From contig OY253668.1 in the NCBI GenBank assembly GCA_958009085.1, positions 1,240,001 to 1,304,000 of the forward strand: a DNA stretch of 64,000 bases, given 5' to 3'. The position numbers were made by a program, and so were the translations under genes. Within the stretch, counting starts at the first letter, position 1. Each line of letters opens with the position of its first letter. The notes under the pieces are model-generated. The model was not told the DNA's origin. It worked only from the letters and a program-made list of their open reading frames with translations, and made no database searches. Below are positions 1-12,178 of this stretch, in pieces. Origin of the DNA: Protoeuglena noctilucae. Taxonomy: Eukaryota.

Positions 1-1655
1 CGACCCGAACGTGCAGGCGTCCGGAAAGGCGAGAGCTGGGAGGGAAACGAACGCTTTATCTGTTGCAAAGGTGGTTGCGACCCACCACCCTGTGTCGGCG
101 TTCGACGGCCCCCACCCTGGCCCGCATGCGCAGATGGGGAGTGCGGGGCGGGGAGTGCCAATCGGTGCCATGTTCGGGAGCGGCGGTGCGAAGGAGAGCA
201 AGAGCCTCTTCGGCTCGTCGTTCGCCAACGCAAAACCTGCCCGCGATCTTGTGACGGGGCCGAGCGCCCTGCCGAGCGACAACGGCAACATGCCGCCCTC
301 CTCCGCGCCCGGCGCACGCGTCGACAACCGGCCCACCGTCAAGGTGTCGCAGGAAAGCATGCCGGCTGTCCGGCCGACCGCCCTTCCGGCCGCCGGGGCT
401 TCCGACCCTGGGACCAAGGTCTCTGCCGCGGCTGTCAAGGACGAGCCCTCCACGCCCGTGGCCATCCGCACCGGCATCACCGCCCTCCAAGCCTCTCTGC
501 CCGGAGAATTGCAGTGAGGCTTGCTTGCCCGCCGGCCCCTCGCATGGCCGGCCCGTGCCATGCAAGCCACCCTGGGCCTGCCCCTGTCCCCTTGCAGGAG
601 CCTCTTGGCGTGGCGGAACCCCGCTCAGACCATCGTTGTGCTCGGTCTGTGTGGGCTGGCGCTGGCCGTGATCCAGTTCGTGGCGTCTGGGGGCCTCGGT
701 ATCTCGCTGGTCGAGGGGGTCGCCTACGTCCTCCTCGCCCGCCTGGCCATGGGGTTCGTGTCCGCCACGCTCGGCGCGTCTTCTCGCGACAGCGCGCAGG
801 TCTGGGACGCCACCATCGACTGGGCCAGCAGCAGCCTCCGCAGCGTCTGCCAGGGGTACGAGACGGCCATCCACAACCCCAACCCCCATGCCACGCTGGC
901 CTTCACCCTGGCCCTCTGGGCCGTCGCCGTCGTCGGCCGCGTCCTCCGCCCCCACCACGTCGCCTGGCTCGTGCTCGGCGTGGCCTTCGCGGCCGCCCCC
1001 GCATGGGCCCGCTTGCACCGGGTGGTCAAGTGCGGATGGTCCTTCGCTGCGGAGGCCCTGGACCATCAGATGGAGGCGAGCGCAGCGCCCTGCATGTGCC
1101 TACTCAGTCAGAGTGCGGGGCACTCTGCTTCACCGCGCCACCTCTATTCATTCGCTGCACCCACCCCCCTCGATTTCTTGAGGTCCCACTAACGATGAGC
1201 CCGCGGTGTGATCCCTCGCAGAAGATGCAAATCACCCGCGGCAAGCGTGCCGTGGCCCTCGTGGTGGCCCTGGCCTTCTTCTGGCTGTACGTCGGGTGGG
1301 TGCACCGCGCGGTGTCTCTCCTGGTGGCCCTCGAGCTCATCCGGTGCCAGATGACCCCCCAGGAGGCGAAGAGCATGATGGAGACGGTGGGGCCCGTGGT
1401 GAAGAAGACCGTGGGGGACGTCACGAGCGTCATGAAGGCGTGGACGCCCCGAGGCAAGACGTACATGACGCCCGCCCCCAACCAGGGCTCCCTGGTGACC
1501 GACGCGGCTCTCCCGGCATGCCTACGACGACAAGCGAACGAGGGCTTGTTCGTTCGGCAAGTGGCCTTAGGCGCGACAGACCTTCGCGGGCCTCCTGCCT
1601 GCAGAACTTTGGAGCCGCAGAAGAACACCCGATGTTTAAAACCAAGGGGCAGTGA
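1..1655 (+). CDS. Reticulon-domain membrane protein (5' end outside window)
   Basis: After intron 514-597 the frame reads QSLLAWRNPAQTIVVLG (reticulon LLxWRxP motif), followed by two long hydrophobic hairpins. GC-AG intron 1076-1221 joins HQME|KMQITRG. The last exon NFGAAEEHPMFKTKGQ* is inferred. Confidence 0.7.
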
Positions 1656-1845
1656 GGGCTGCGAGTACAGCAAGCAGCGACCCCTGACGTCCCTGTCACG
1701 TGCCCTGCCGCGATCGCCACCGAGCGCAGCCACTGGTTGGGGCAGCACCATAGCCTAGGGCTGGCGGGGGGCTTTCCGCGGCACCTTCCTCGTTCCCCTC
1801 TGGCCCTACCGCGACAAGCTTGAACCAACTTCAAAGCGCGGTTGG

Positions 1846-1850
1846 TGTAA
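1846..1850 (+). promoter_or_regulatory. Candidate TGTAA polyadenylation signal (chlorophyte type)
   Basis: TGTAA lies downstream of the reticulon stop, in the short gap before the convergent kinesin. A 5-mer is weak evidence alone. Confidence 0.35.
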
Positions 1851-1877
1851 CACCTGACTAGCCACCCAGCCGTATCG

Positions 1878-4366
1878 TCAGATGCGCCCCAGGCTCGGGC
1901 CCCTCGCGGGCTTCCCGACGCCCGGCTGCCCCAGCTCCCGAGCCGTCTTCTTCGCGGAAGGCACCTGGGCAGCCGCTCCCCTCCTCGCGCCCCCGTTCGC
2001 CTCCCTCAGCGGCGCCCCCGCGATCCCCGTGATTCGCTCCTCTGCCTCCACTGCCGCCTCATGCACCGCCTTGGCCGCCTTGCCCAGGGGCTCCGCGCGC
2101 AGCATCATCTGCCTGCTGCGCCACTTGCCCATCGACACCGACTCGTACACCGTGTGCTCCAGCTCCCGGCGCTCCTGCTCCCGCGCCTCCTTGGTTTCGT
2201 CGTCCCCGCCACCGTCGGCGTCCTCGCCCCCGGGCCGCTTGAACAGGCGTGTCAGGATATTCCCCAGCTTCGAGAACAGCGCGTAGTCTTCCCGCAGGTA
2301 CCGATCCACCTCGGCCATCGCTTGCCGCGTCATCTGCGCCTCCTTGGCGATGGCGCCCACCTCGTGACGCATCCGCACCGCCTGCTCGCGGTAGCCCTCC
2401 ACGACACCCCGGAGGTCCACCATGTCCCCGGGCCCTGCAATTGGAGGGACAAGCGTTTCAGGCTCAAGTCCTCGCACGCCTGGCGATGGGGCAGGCATCA
2501 CCGCGCTGGAACGGCCGCCCCGGCGCTCGCCTTCGAGGGGCCCGAACTTGATCCGGTAGAGCTCGGCCTGGCGCGCGAGGCGCTGGCGCTCCGTGTGCAG
2601 GGCGGCCAGCTCCTCGCGCAGCTGGTCGATCTGCGCCTCCCGCTTCTGCAGCAGCTCGTCCATGCGCGTGCCCCCGTACCCGACGTGCACCTTGGGCCGG
2701 TTCCGGATGAACTTGGCGCGCGTGCCGAATCGAAGCGTGCTGATGGTTTCCGCCACGTTGGCGGAGGCGGGGGAGCAAGCGACGATCAGGCACGCACGGG
2801 ACGTCCCACCCAGGGAGTCCTGCAGGATGCGCGTCAGCTTCGAGTCCCTGCGAGGACGAAACGCCACCTCGAGGTTCCAGCGAAGTCGCACGCCGCGGCC
2901 CGCTTGGTCGGGTTGGCCGAGCGCGACGTGGCACAAGCGCCGCCCGGCACGCGCCTGTAGGGGACGAAGGTGGCCGCCTTGTCCGTGAGGGCCTTGATGA
3001 CGAGGCCCAGCGCGGAGAGGGACTTGTTGATCAGCTTGGCCTCCTCGAGCCGCTCGCCCGTGGCACCCGTCTTGCCCACCATCTCGCTCCCCGCCAAGTC
3101 GACCAGGAAGAGCTTGCCGGTCTTGGCAGTCAGGTCGCGGCGGCTCTTTTGCACCACCGTGATCATCATGCACGCGTGCGAGCGAGACGAGTCCGCGTTC
3201 ATCTTGGTCGCCGCCTGCAGAGGCGCGGGCAAGGGGCGGTGGGTCGGATTACGGGCAGGGCAGCCTATGGTGGGAGATGAGCCCAACGCCTCGGACCGCA
3301 AACAACGCGTCGATGCTCACCACGTGGCGCATGGCCGACCCTTCCGCCGCCACCCGCAGGAGCTCGGCGTCGCTCTGGACTTCGAGCTCCGTCGCCCCGT
3401 CCACGTACACGCCCCGGTTCAGGTCCACGCGGATCTCCAGGTTGTTCTTTTGCTGCTGCCGGTCCAGCAAACAGCGGATGCGCTCCATGTAGATCTCCAC
3501 ATAAGACACCTGCGGTGGCCCGGTCCACGCGCCATGGTCGATGCATCGACCGGCCACCTCGCAAGCGAGGTCCTTTGGAGAACCGCTGCTGAATGCACGC
3601 GGCTGGCTCCAGCCTATCCCGGCTGCACCTTGATGGTGAAATCGACGTCCTCGGGGGCGCTCTCGACCGCGTCGAAGATCTGCTGGACCGCACGGGGCAT
3701 AATTCCCTCCGTATCCTCGTCCCGAGCGCCCATCGCGCCTTCCATCGTGTACGTCTTCCCGCTGCCCGTCTGTCCGTACGCGAAGACGGTCGCGTAATAG
3801 CCATCGAGGACGTCGGCCACGAGCTGCCGCGTCGTCGCATCGTAGACGTCGGCCTGGTTCGCCGCGGGCGTGAAGACCCTGTCGAAGGTAAACCGGTACT
3901 CGTCGCGGTCTCCACGATACTCCTTCAGGCCCTTGACGTTCACGGACACGCCCTTCCCCTCCTCGTCAAAGTCGACGCAAATGGTGCTGCTCCGCTGCTC
4001 CGAAGCGTTGGGCGGCCGGAAGCGGGCGACCACGCTGCGACAAGAACCCGGGGGACCTCGGGGTGATCGAAGGAAGGGCGGAGAGCGGGCGCAGGCGCGG
4101 CGCCCAAATTGAATCGACGACCGGGCACTTCGGCATGTGGTGGAGCCCAGGAGGGACGGCGACCCGCCAGGCCCGGCCCCGGACCGTCCCAGTGGGACTC
4201 CGAAGCCAGAGGAGCACGCCGGTCACCTCACGGAGTCTTTGCGGCTGAACTGCCGGTCCTCAGCCTCGATGTCAGCCCCGGCCCCCTCGGGAGGAGTGCC
4301 CGTCCCGTCCCGGCCCGACGTGGACGGGACCTCCCCCAGGAGGAAGGACCGGCCACGGAACGACAT
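1878..4366 (-). CDS. Kinesin motor protein (N-terminal motor, kinesin-1-like) with coiled-coil tail
   Basis: Motifs [19 protein letters not shown]-loop [35 protein letters not shown] and [18 protein letters not shown]. Introns include 4035-4226 (GT-AG) and 2848-2954 (GC-AG). Confidence 0.95.
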
Positions 4367-5149
4367 CCTGAAACAACTTGCTGATGGCCCCGTGCCCGCG
4401 GCCTGCTCTAGTGCTGAAGTGCGGATCCCCGGAGTCGCAGGAAGGGTAGACAGATTGATGAAATGGGACTTTCTGGCGGAATATTCACAGCGTCTCGCTT
4501 GGAATGAACGCTTCCGGCCGGGGGAACCCTTTAGGGCAATACAATGAAGCCCTTCTGCGCTCACAGGCCAAGTCTGTCCTATGATCCGAAAGACTCATAT
4601 GCTTAAAGTGCTGGACCGTCGATCCTGTCTGGAAGGCGATCGTCAGCTGGCTGCAGGCCACGTGCATCTGAGCGTCGTGGCCCTATCAAACTCCAGCCAT
4701 TGATTGTCGTGTCCGCCGGTGGATGGGCAGATGAACGCCGCTGTCGTCGTTCCTGTCGGCCGTCTGGGCCACCACGCGCACGGTCGAGGTCGTGAACGTC
4801 ATGGGACGGGACTCCCGCTGGTGTGTTGCCGTGCGGGGACGTTCCCAGCACATCGCATGCCATGCTGTAAGCCCCTTAACATCGTTACTTCATTTACAGT
4901 GCTCGTCGACGTCCCGACGTTAGTCTCGTGTGCGACATTGCCTGGCTTACACAAATCGCATCCATGCCAGCAGGTCGCCCAGCCGATGCGGGTGGAGCGG
5001 GGCGATCCCGTGAGCCACCGGTGTGACCACGCTGGTCCGCGGCACGCGAGCTCGGCGGACCTGCCGCCGGCCACCGGCACGCAAACCAACACGCCCGGGG
5101 TTCCACACCGTCCCCCGCCGCTCCGGACGGTGGCCGTCCTCGCCCTCGC

Positions 5150-6275
5150 ATGCGCGTGCTTCGTGGTCCTCGCCGCTGCCAGGTGACGGCCCTGCTCCTC
5201 TCGAGCGTGGCGAGCCAGGTCCTCCCCATGTCTGTGGGAAGAGCGTCGCTGATGAGATCGCCTGCCGCCCGCAGCGCGACGCCGGCATGGGCAGCGGCCG
5301 CGAGCAAGGCCGTCGCTGCGGCCAAGTCGACGGCTGTGGCCGCGTCCGCCTCCGCGCCCTCCAACCCCCTCCACGGCATCCTGTCCTTCGTGCTCCACCT
5401 GGACAAGCACCTGTCACACATCATCACCACCTACGGCACCGCCACGTACGCCATCCTGTGGGCCATCGTGTTCTGGTGAGGCCAACGGCAGCACCTGCCG
5501 CGTGCGTGAGGACACACGACCCTCGTGGATGAGCGGCTTCTGCGCCCCTGCAGCGAGACGGGTGTCGTCGTCCTGCCCTTCCTCCCCGGCGACTCCCTCC
5601 TCTTCGCCACGGGCGCCTTGGCTGGCATGGGCAAGCTGGCCGTGGGCCCTCTCGTGGCCGTGTATCTGTCGGCGGCCGTCCTGGGCGACGCGGTCAACTA
5701 CGCCATCGGGTCGTGGCTGGGGCGGGCGGCGATCGAGAGCGGCAAGGTCAAGCGGGAGTACGTGCAGGCGAGTGGCTGCGCGTGGGGCTGGAAGGCGCGT
5801 CTCGCCCGCGCCCTCGCGCTGGGATTGGTTGCACCTGCCACCGCCGCACGCCGGTCCGCCCCCAGAAGACGGAGGGCTTCTACGCCAAGCACGGGGCCAA
5901 GACGGTGGTGCTGGCGAGGTTTGTGCCCATTGTGCGCACCTTTGCGCCATTCGTCGCCGGGGTCGGGAGCATGGAGTACCGGTGAGCCGATTTGCGGGGG
6001 CGAAACCTGCGACACTGATCTGCGCCCCCGCGCCTGGCATTCAAGCCTCCTGCGCCCCTCGCACTTGCAGGGAGTTTGCGACGTACAACGTGCTCGGCGC
6101 CGTGGTTTGGACGGCGCTGTTCGTCGGGGCTGGCTTCACCTTTGGGAACCTCCCCGCCGTGCAGCACAACTTCACGCTCGTCGTCCTGGCCATCATCGCC
6201 GTGAGCGTGTTGCCTGTCGTGTGGGAGATCATGCAAGCTAGGAAGGAGGCAGCGAACCCCCCCGCTGCCGCATGA
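5150..6275 (+). CDS. dedA: DedA/VTT-family membrane protein with Ala/Ser-rich leader (start uncertain; an upstream exon is possible)
   Basis: Motifs [61 protein letters not shown] and [12 protein letters not shown] across at least three introns, one GC-AG (5768-5865). Confidence 0.93.
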
Positions 6276-6395
6276 CGGGCACTGGTGCTGCAGCACAGAG
6301 CCTGTTTCCCTGCCTAAAGGTCCTAGCCTCGGCCCCATCCCATCCCATCGGTGCCGTGTTTGTCTTAGATTCATGTGCCACTAGCCACTAGGAGG

Positions 6396-7629
6396 ATGGC
6401 GTCGCGCTCGCTCCCCCCGGACACGCCGGGACAGGGCGACCCTAGCTGCGTCGTGGAGCTGGTGGGCCCGGGGCGTCTGGGCGAAGAGTGCTCATCGTAT
6501 TCCATGTTTGTTGGAAAGGTGAACTACCCGCGACGCTTGGCAGCTGAGGAAGCGCGCAGGGAGGCTGAAAAGCGCCGGGACGGTCCAACCGTCCACGAAA
6601 GCACACCATGGCGCACCTGCAGGTCGAGGCCTACCTCCGGCTAGCCAGGATCCCGTTCAAGGTCACGATGTCCAAGGCGAGACCGTGCTCGAGCTACAGG
6701 CAGGCTCCGCGCCAAGCTAACGGCTTCTTACTGAGCTCTAAGCCTCTGCTGCCCCGTGCAGGGTCCTCTGCGCGGCCCCAAGGGAAAACAGCCCTACATC
6801 ATACACGGGAAGGTGAGGCTGCTATGTTTCTGCATTCTGCTTTGTGAGCGGGCCGCTACCTCGTGGAAACAGGCCGAGCGAGTGCGTAGCTGTTGCGGTG
6901 CTGTTTTGCGGTGCTGTTTTGCAGAACACGGTCGGCGACAGTGAGCTCATCATCGCCTATCTCAAGGCCGTATACCCGGACCTGACGAGTCGGGTGCCCT
7001 CGATGGAGACGGGCCCTCCGCTCGCCACCGCAGCTGCAGCCAGGTGCTGCGCTGAGGCGGAGGTGCAGCTACACCCGCGCAGCTGCGGACCTGTCCCGCC
7101 CCTTCTCATAAGCGCCGACCCTGCGATCCGCAGAAAAGTCGCGGAGGACTCGCTGTACTTCCACCTGCTCTTCTTCCGGTGGCTAACCCCCGCTGGGTGG
7201 CGGGGCATGCAGCCCCTCTTCGCCTCGGCGGGGGTGTGGGCGCCGATGGTAGGGGGCGTCATGCGCAGTGCGGTTCAGAAGAACCTGCACGGCCAGGGCA
7301 CCTCACGGCACAGCCCCGCCGACATCATGAGGCTCGCCAAGGCGGACATCGACATTCTGGCGGGCCTCCTGGGCGGCCAGCCCTTCTACGGGGGAGCGGC
7401 GCCGTCGCAGGACGACTGCGCCGTCTTTTCGTGCCTGGACCAGCTCCTCTACGGCATGCGGGCCGGCGCGGAGGACGCGGCCGCGTACGTGGAGCGGCAG
7501 CCGACGCTGTGCGCGTACACGGATCGCATGCGGCGCCTCCTGTTCCCTCACGTCGTCGAGGGGCGCCAGCTCGCCGACGGGACGCAGTTCCCCATGGCGC
7601 TGGCGCAGCAGCCCTTGGCGTCCTTGTGA
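6396..7629 (+). CDS. Metaxin/FAX-like glutathione S-transferase-fold protein
   Basis: Motifs SMFVGKVEAYLRLARIPF, GPKGKQPYI, VGDSELIIAYL, EDSLYFHLLFFRW and LLGGQPFYGGAAPSQDDCAVFSCL across four introns. Confidence 0.85.
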
Positions 7630-8414
7630 AGTGGGACGTCAGCCCCGTGCCCGCACGCGCCGGGGTCAAGAACGCGAGTAGACAATGAATTGAGACGCTG
7701 TTTCATGCGCCGGGCGGTCGGGCCAGAGCTCTTGAGAGGCATCCGCCCCGAGGCGCGAGGCGAGACCCGCAAACACGTCACATGCTTTGATTGAAGGCCG
7801 GCGGCCGGCCCTCTGTGCCCATCTGCCGCAACATCGCCGTTGACCGCGGCGCTTTTCGAGCAGGACCGCTATCTGCCATCGCCCCGGCCACACTTGCGCT
7901 GATTTCCCCAACAATAGCTCCTGGCGACGTCAACCGAGCCCGAGCTCCCGGCATCGAGTGGCGCACGGAAGTGCAGGTGAGGCGGTGGAGGGAAGAGCGA
8001 CGGCGCAGCCTCCGGGATGGCGAGGGCGGGGTTCTCACCCTTACAGATGTCAGCAACACTCCGATCTGCCTGTCGGCTGGTACCCGGCCTCCGGAACGCC
8101 ACCGCCGCGCACGCATGTCGGCCTTTGACAATGTTGTGCTCTCGTCCGGGTGCGGCTGAACCCGGCACACTCCCGCCATTGCGACCCTCCCGGAACTTTA
8201 TTTTGACAAGTTCGCTCCAAAGGCGGAGGAGAGCGCCCGTTTGTGCCGCGGCCGACCTCAGCTGCCGGGTCTAGGCGGCGCGGCAGCGGTCAGAGCATTT
8301 CCGCGTCATCGGCTTCACGGATGGGCTGCGCGACGCAAACCCAGCAACGTGATGTCCTGTAACATGCTGAGTGCTGCGCCTCGCTGCCCGCAGAGCGCGG
8401 AGTCGGCGCGCAGG

Positions 8415-11400
8415 ATGGGCGTCCGCATGCGCAGGCGGCCGGGTGCCACCGCCCTCGCCGCTGCCCCTGCCGCGAGGATTTTGGCGGCCCTGCTGTGCCT
8501 GCTGGCAGCCACGTGTGCCACAGGGCAGCCGAGCGCGAATCTGTCGACCTCGAACATCACGGACACCTCCGCGACCCTCGTGTTGTCGGTGCCGGCGGGG
8601 GCCTCCTACACGAGCGTCGCCACGGTGGCCGTGGTCCCCCAGTCCCTCGGGGTCCCCGACAGCTACACCTACTCGCTGACGACCTGCTTTCTCAATTCTG
8701 GCGACGCCACGCAGACATCCTGGTCCACGCAGAACGTTTTAGGCTGCGACCGCACGGCCCCCATCTCCCCCGGGAGTTCTGCTAACGTGACGATGACAGG
8801 ACTGAGCCCGGGGAGCTCCTATAAGTTCCTGGTTCTGGCCCAAACGCCCGAGGTGAGGCACTGCGCGGGGGATGTGATGTCGAAGAGAGGGTGCATGTAC
8901 CCGTAGAGAGCCCATCCTTGCGCATTACGAACCCCATGATTGGGTGATACCCAGACCCGGGCTTGCCATCCTTGCTCATCACGAACCCGCCTGCCGTGGC
9001 GACTCGCAGATCGTGGGGCTGCAGTGCAACACGTGGCACCCCCAGTCGCCCGTGTGCCTGAAGACCAGCGCGATGCTGTCCCAGGAGTTCACCACGACCA
9101 ACACGGGAGCGGCCCCGGCCACTACGGCCTCGGCGGCACCCCCGCCCCCCTTCAACGTCCACGCCCCCACCGTGGCCATCACCGGCCTCGCGCCCACGGA
9201 CACGAGCGTCACCTTCACGCTCAACGCGACTGCCGTCGCGGCCAGCGTGACCTACGTCGTCGTGCAGGGAGGCCAGGTGTACTCGGCCACGGACAACTCC
9301 TTCGACATTGCCTCGTGCCTTGCCAACACCTCCGACGTGCCCCACAGCTCCATCATCGCCTGCAAGGTTGTTCTGGCGTCCACGGGCAGCCCGGCCACAG
9401 TGACCGTCACAGGCGAGCCACGCCCTGCCCAGCGGCTCTGCGTGGCCCAGGGAACAGGCAGTCTGGGGCCAACGCTCACGTCGCCCCCGCTTCGTGTCCT
9501 GCAGGCCTCAACCCCGGGACCACGTACGCCGTCGGGGCTCTGCCACAGGACCCTAGCGCTGCGGGACAGGTCTGCCAGCCCACGACCAACCCGTCCTCCG
9601 CCGCGTGCGTCAACACCGGAAACGCAGCGACGGCGAGCTTCACCACCACGCAGAGCCCGCCCCCGCCCCCTCCGAGCCCGCCTCCCCCGCCTCCGCCGTC
9701 GCCTCCTCCGCCCAGCCCCCCGCCCCCGCCCCCCAGCCCGCCGCCCCCCAGCCCGCCTCCCTTCTGGTCTGGCGCGCCGGTCGTGAAGCTGACGGCGGCG
9801 GCTGCGGGCGACTCCTCGGCGACGCTATCCTTCGCCATCAGCAATGGCGACGCGACGGTGCGGTACGTCGTGCTGCGCAACTCCGTCACCTTCCCGAGCG
9901 GCTTCAACGGCTACGATATCGCCACCTGCCTCACCAACTCAAGCACGTTCGTCTCGCCCAACGACATCATCGCCTGCGGGGCCACCCCGTCACGTCCGGC
10001 CACACCGGCACCGCCACCGTCACGGGCCTGACGCCCAACACCATCTACGACGTCCTCGCGCTGCCCAGGCCCCCATCGTCTTCGGGCAGGTATGCGACCC
10101 CACCACCTCCACCACGTCTGGCGCGTGCCTCCTCACGGGGGTCTTCGCGTCCACCACCGTCACGTCCGCGCCCGCGCCCCCGCCGCCCAGCCCGCCGCCG
10201 CCCCCTCCGAGCCCGCCCCCCCCGCCCCCGCCATCGCCCCCTCCCCCGCCCCCCCCGCCCCCGCCCCCGCCGTCCCCTCCTCCCCCGCCCCCGCCCCCCT
10301 CGCCGCCTTCGCCGCCTCCGCCCCAGGCGTGGTCGCTCCCGCAGGTGAAGCCCAGCTGCAACGCGCGCCTGCTGCCCGCCCCACGCACCTCGCCGCCCCG
10401 ACCGCGTCCCCTGGCCCATTTCTGCGCAGATGAAGCTGACGTTTGTCTCAGCTTCAGACAACTCGATAACCATTCGTGTGTCCCTGGACGGCGCCAACCC
10501 CGGCATCGCTGTCTCCTGGGCGCTCCTCAAGGGTACGGCGCCCGTGCCCTCCGGGGACGAGGTGTACCGCATCGTTTCGTGCTTCAAGGACTCGACGGCG
10601 GTGTCTCAGAGCGACCTCGTCAACTGCGGCTCCAACGTCGTGGGCAGCTCCAAGACCCAGGACATCTCCATCAACGGCGTGCAGGCCGGAATGGAATATA
10701 TCATCGTGCTGCTACCCCAGCTCGTGAGATTTTTTACAGGGTCAACCAGAGGCACCCATGCATGCCAACACGCAGGCTCTCACCGTGTCTGCTATCGCCC
10801 TCTGCCCGCAGTCGTCCGTGGCGGGCTCCGTCTGCGATCCGGTCAACGACCCCTACTCCGCGGCCTGCCAGGGCACCGGCGCCATGGCCGTGCTCACCAT
10901 CACCACGGGCGCGCCATCCACGCCTTCCAGCACCGCCATGCCCTCTGCGTCGCCCGGCTCCACTGCGGGCCCCGCCTCCACGACCCCCGTGCCCGCCACG
11001 ACGCCTGCCGCGTCGCCCACCACGCCCTCGTCGACGTCGGCCACCACCTCGACAGCCACGCCGTCGTCTACGGGCACGCCGTCTGGGTCCCCGACTCCCA
11101 CAAGCACTCCCGCGACAGTCAGCGTCCAGCAGTCTGTATCACGCTGCCGGCGCTCGACCCCAACGTGGTGTCGACCAGCCCGTCGTTGGCCCAGACCATC
11201 CTCGACGTGCAAGTGGCAGTGGCCAACAGCGCGGGCGTCGACCCGACCATCGTGCACGTCACGTACGTCATCACTCCGCGATACGCCACCTCACGGCGGC
11301 TGAGCCAGAACCAGACTCCTGCGCCGGTGGGTACCGACGTGGTCATTACGGCGTCCCTGAGCGTCGCCACCGCCGCCACCGCCCAGCGGCTCCAGAACCA

Positions 11401-12178
11401 ACAGGCAAACCTCACCGCGTCGGTTGCTACGGCCGCGCGCAAGGCCTTCGGAGACGGCGCCGTCAGCAACGTCACGGTGTCGCAGCCGCGCGTCGTGCAG
11501 CCTGCAGCGCCGCCCACGGATGCCGGGAACGCGCCCAGCACCTCGGGCCAGACCTCCCAGGCGAGCGGGGCTTTCAGGGGACAAGCAGCACAGTTGCCAT
11601 GCCACAAGCCAAGGCCGCCGAAAGCGACCTGCGCTCCTCTCCCCTCCCCCTCACACACGCAGACTGTCACGATTGCCGGCGCAGCGGCAGGGTGTGCCGC
11701 AGTGGCTGCTGTCGGGGCTGTCGTGGCCACCGTCGTCATCCGCAGGCGGTGGAAGAAGCGGTGAGCAGCGGGGGACGCAAACACAGCTCAGCGCGCCTGC
11801 GACCTTGCCTGGGGTGGCAGACCGATGCTTCTGAGCTTGCGTGCCGTCAGCTGGCCCTCTCCTCCCCCACGCAGGCCGCGCAGCGACAACGACCCTCTGG
11901 CCGACTGCCCCTCCGCGGCGTCGTTCAAGAGCTCCCAGGGAGCGCCGGAGCCCGCGAGGATGCTCAGCGTCTCTGGGAAGCGCCGTTCTCACCGTGGCGT
12001 CGTCATGCCCCTGGAGCGCTACATGATGGACGGCGACGCCGCCAGCGACAGGACCACCGACGCCGACACGGCCGCAGCGGACGGCGAGGAGCTCGAGGAG
12101 GGACTGTCCCCGGGCTATATCGCCAATCCCACTCCCCTGTCACCGCCGTCACCGCCGCGCGACCCCATCCCCGTCTGA
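8415..12178 (+). CDS. Type I membrane glycoprotein: signal peptide, four Cys-containing FN3-like domains, Ser-Pro (extensin-like) rods, Ser/Thr stalk, TM helix, cytoplasmic tail; apparent frameshifts
   Basis: Hydrophobic leader ILAALLCLLAATCATG; four repeats with VTGLxPxTxY-like motifs; SPPPP tracts; TM segment IAGAAAGCAAVAAVGAVVATVVI followed by RRRWKKR. Single-base frame breaks near 9987, 10065 and 11136. Confidence 0.8.
9654..9760 (+). repeat. Ser-Pro(n) coding low-complexity repeat 1
   Basis: C-rich tract encoding SPPPPPPSPPPPPPPSPPPPSP... Confidence 0.9.
10171..10323 (+). repeat. Ser-Pro(n) coding low-complexity repeat 2
   Basis: C-rich tract encoding PAPPPPSPPPPPPSPPPP... Confidence 0.9.

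Noticed and set aside
4035..4136. Apparent GG-AG intron joining [10 protein letters not shown] to VVARFRP in kinesin
   Set aside because: A canonical GT-AG intron (4035-4226) joins [12 protein letters not shown] in frame from the ATG at 4366, so no exotic donor is needed.
4137..4547. Plus-strand ORF ending FLAEYSQRLAWNERFR, faintly like an IS1595/Merlin transposase tail
   Set aside because: It is mostly antisense to kinesin exon 1 and its intron, with no DDE core, terminal repeats or target duplication.
4456..4671. Possible C/D snoRNA (TGATGA...CTGA, with ATATGCTTAAA complementary to the LSU rRNA 5' region)
   Set aside because: The complementary stretch is not followed by a proper D/D' box, and no terminal stem is evident.
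6390..6398. AGGAGG immediately before the GST ATG (Shine-Dalgarno-like)
   Set aside because: The gene is eukaryotic and intron-containing and the spacing is zero; coincidence.
9654..10323. Regular C-rich repeats as a CRISPR or satellite array
   Set aside because: They are in-frame Ser-Pro codons with no repeat-spacer structure.
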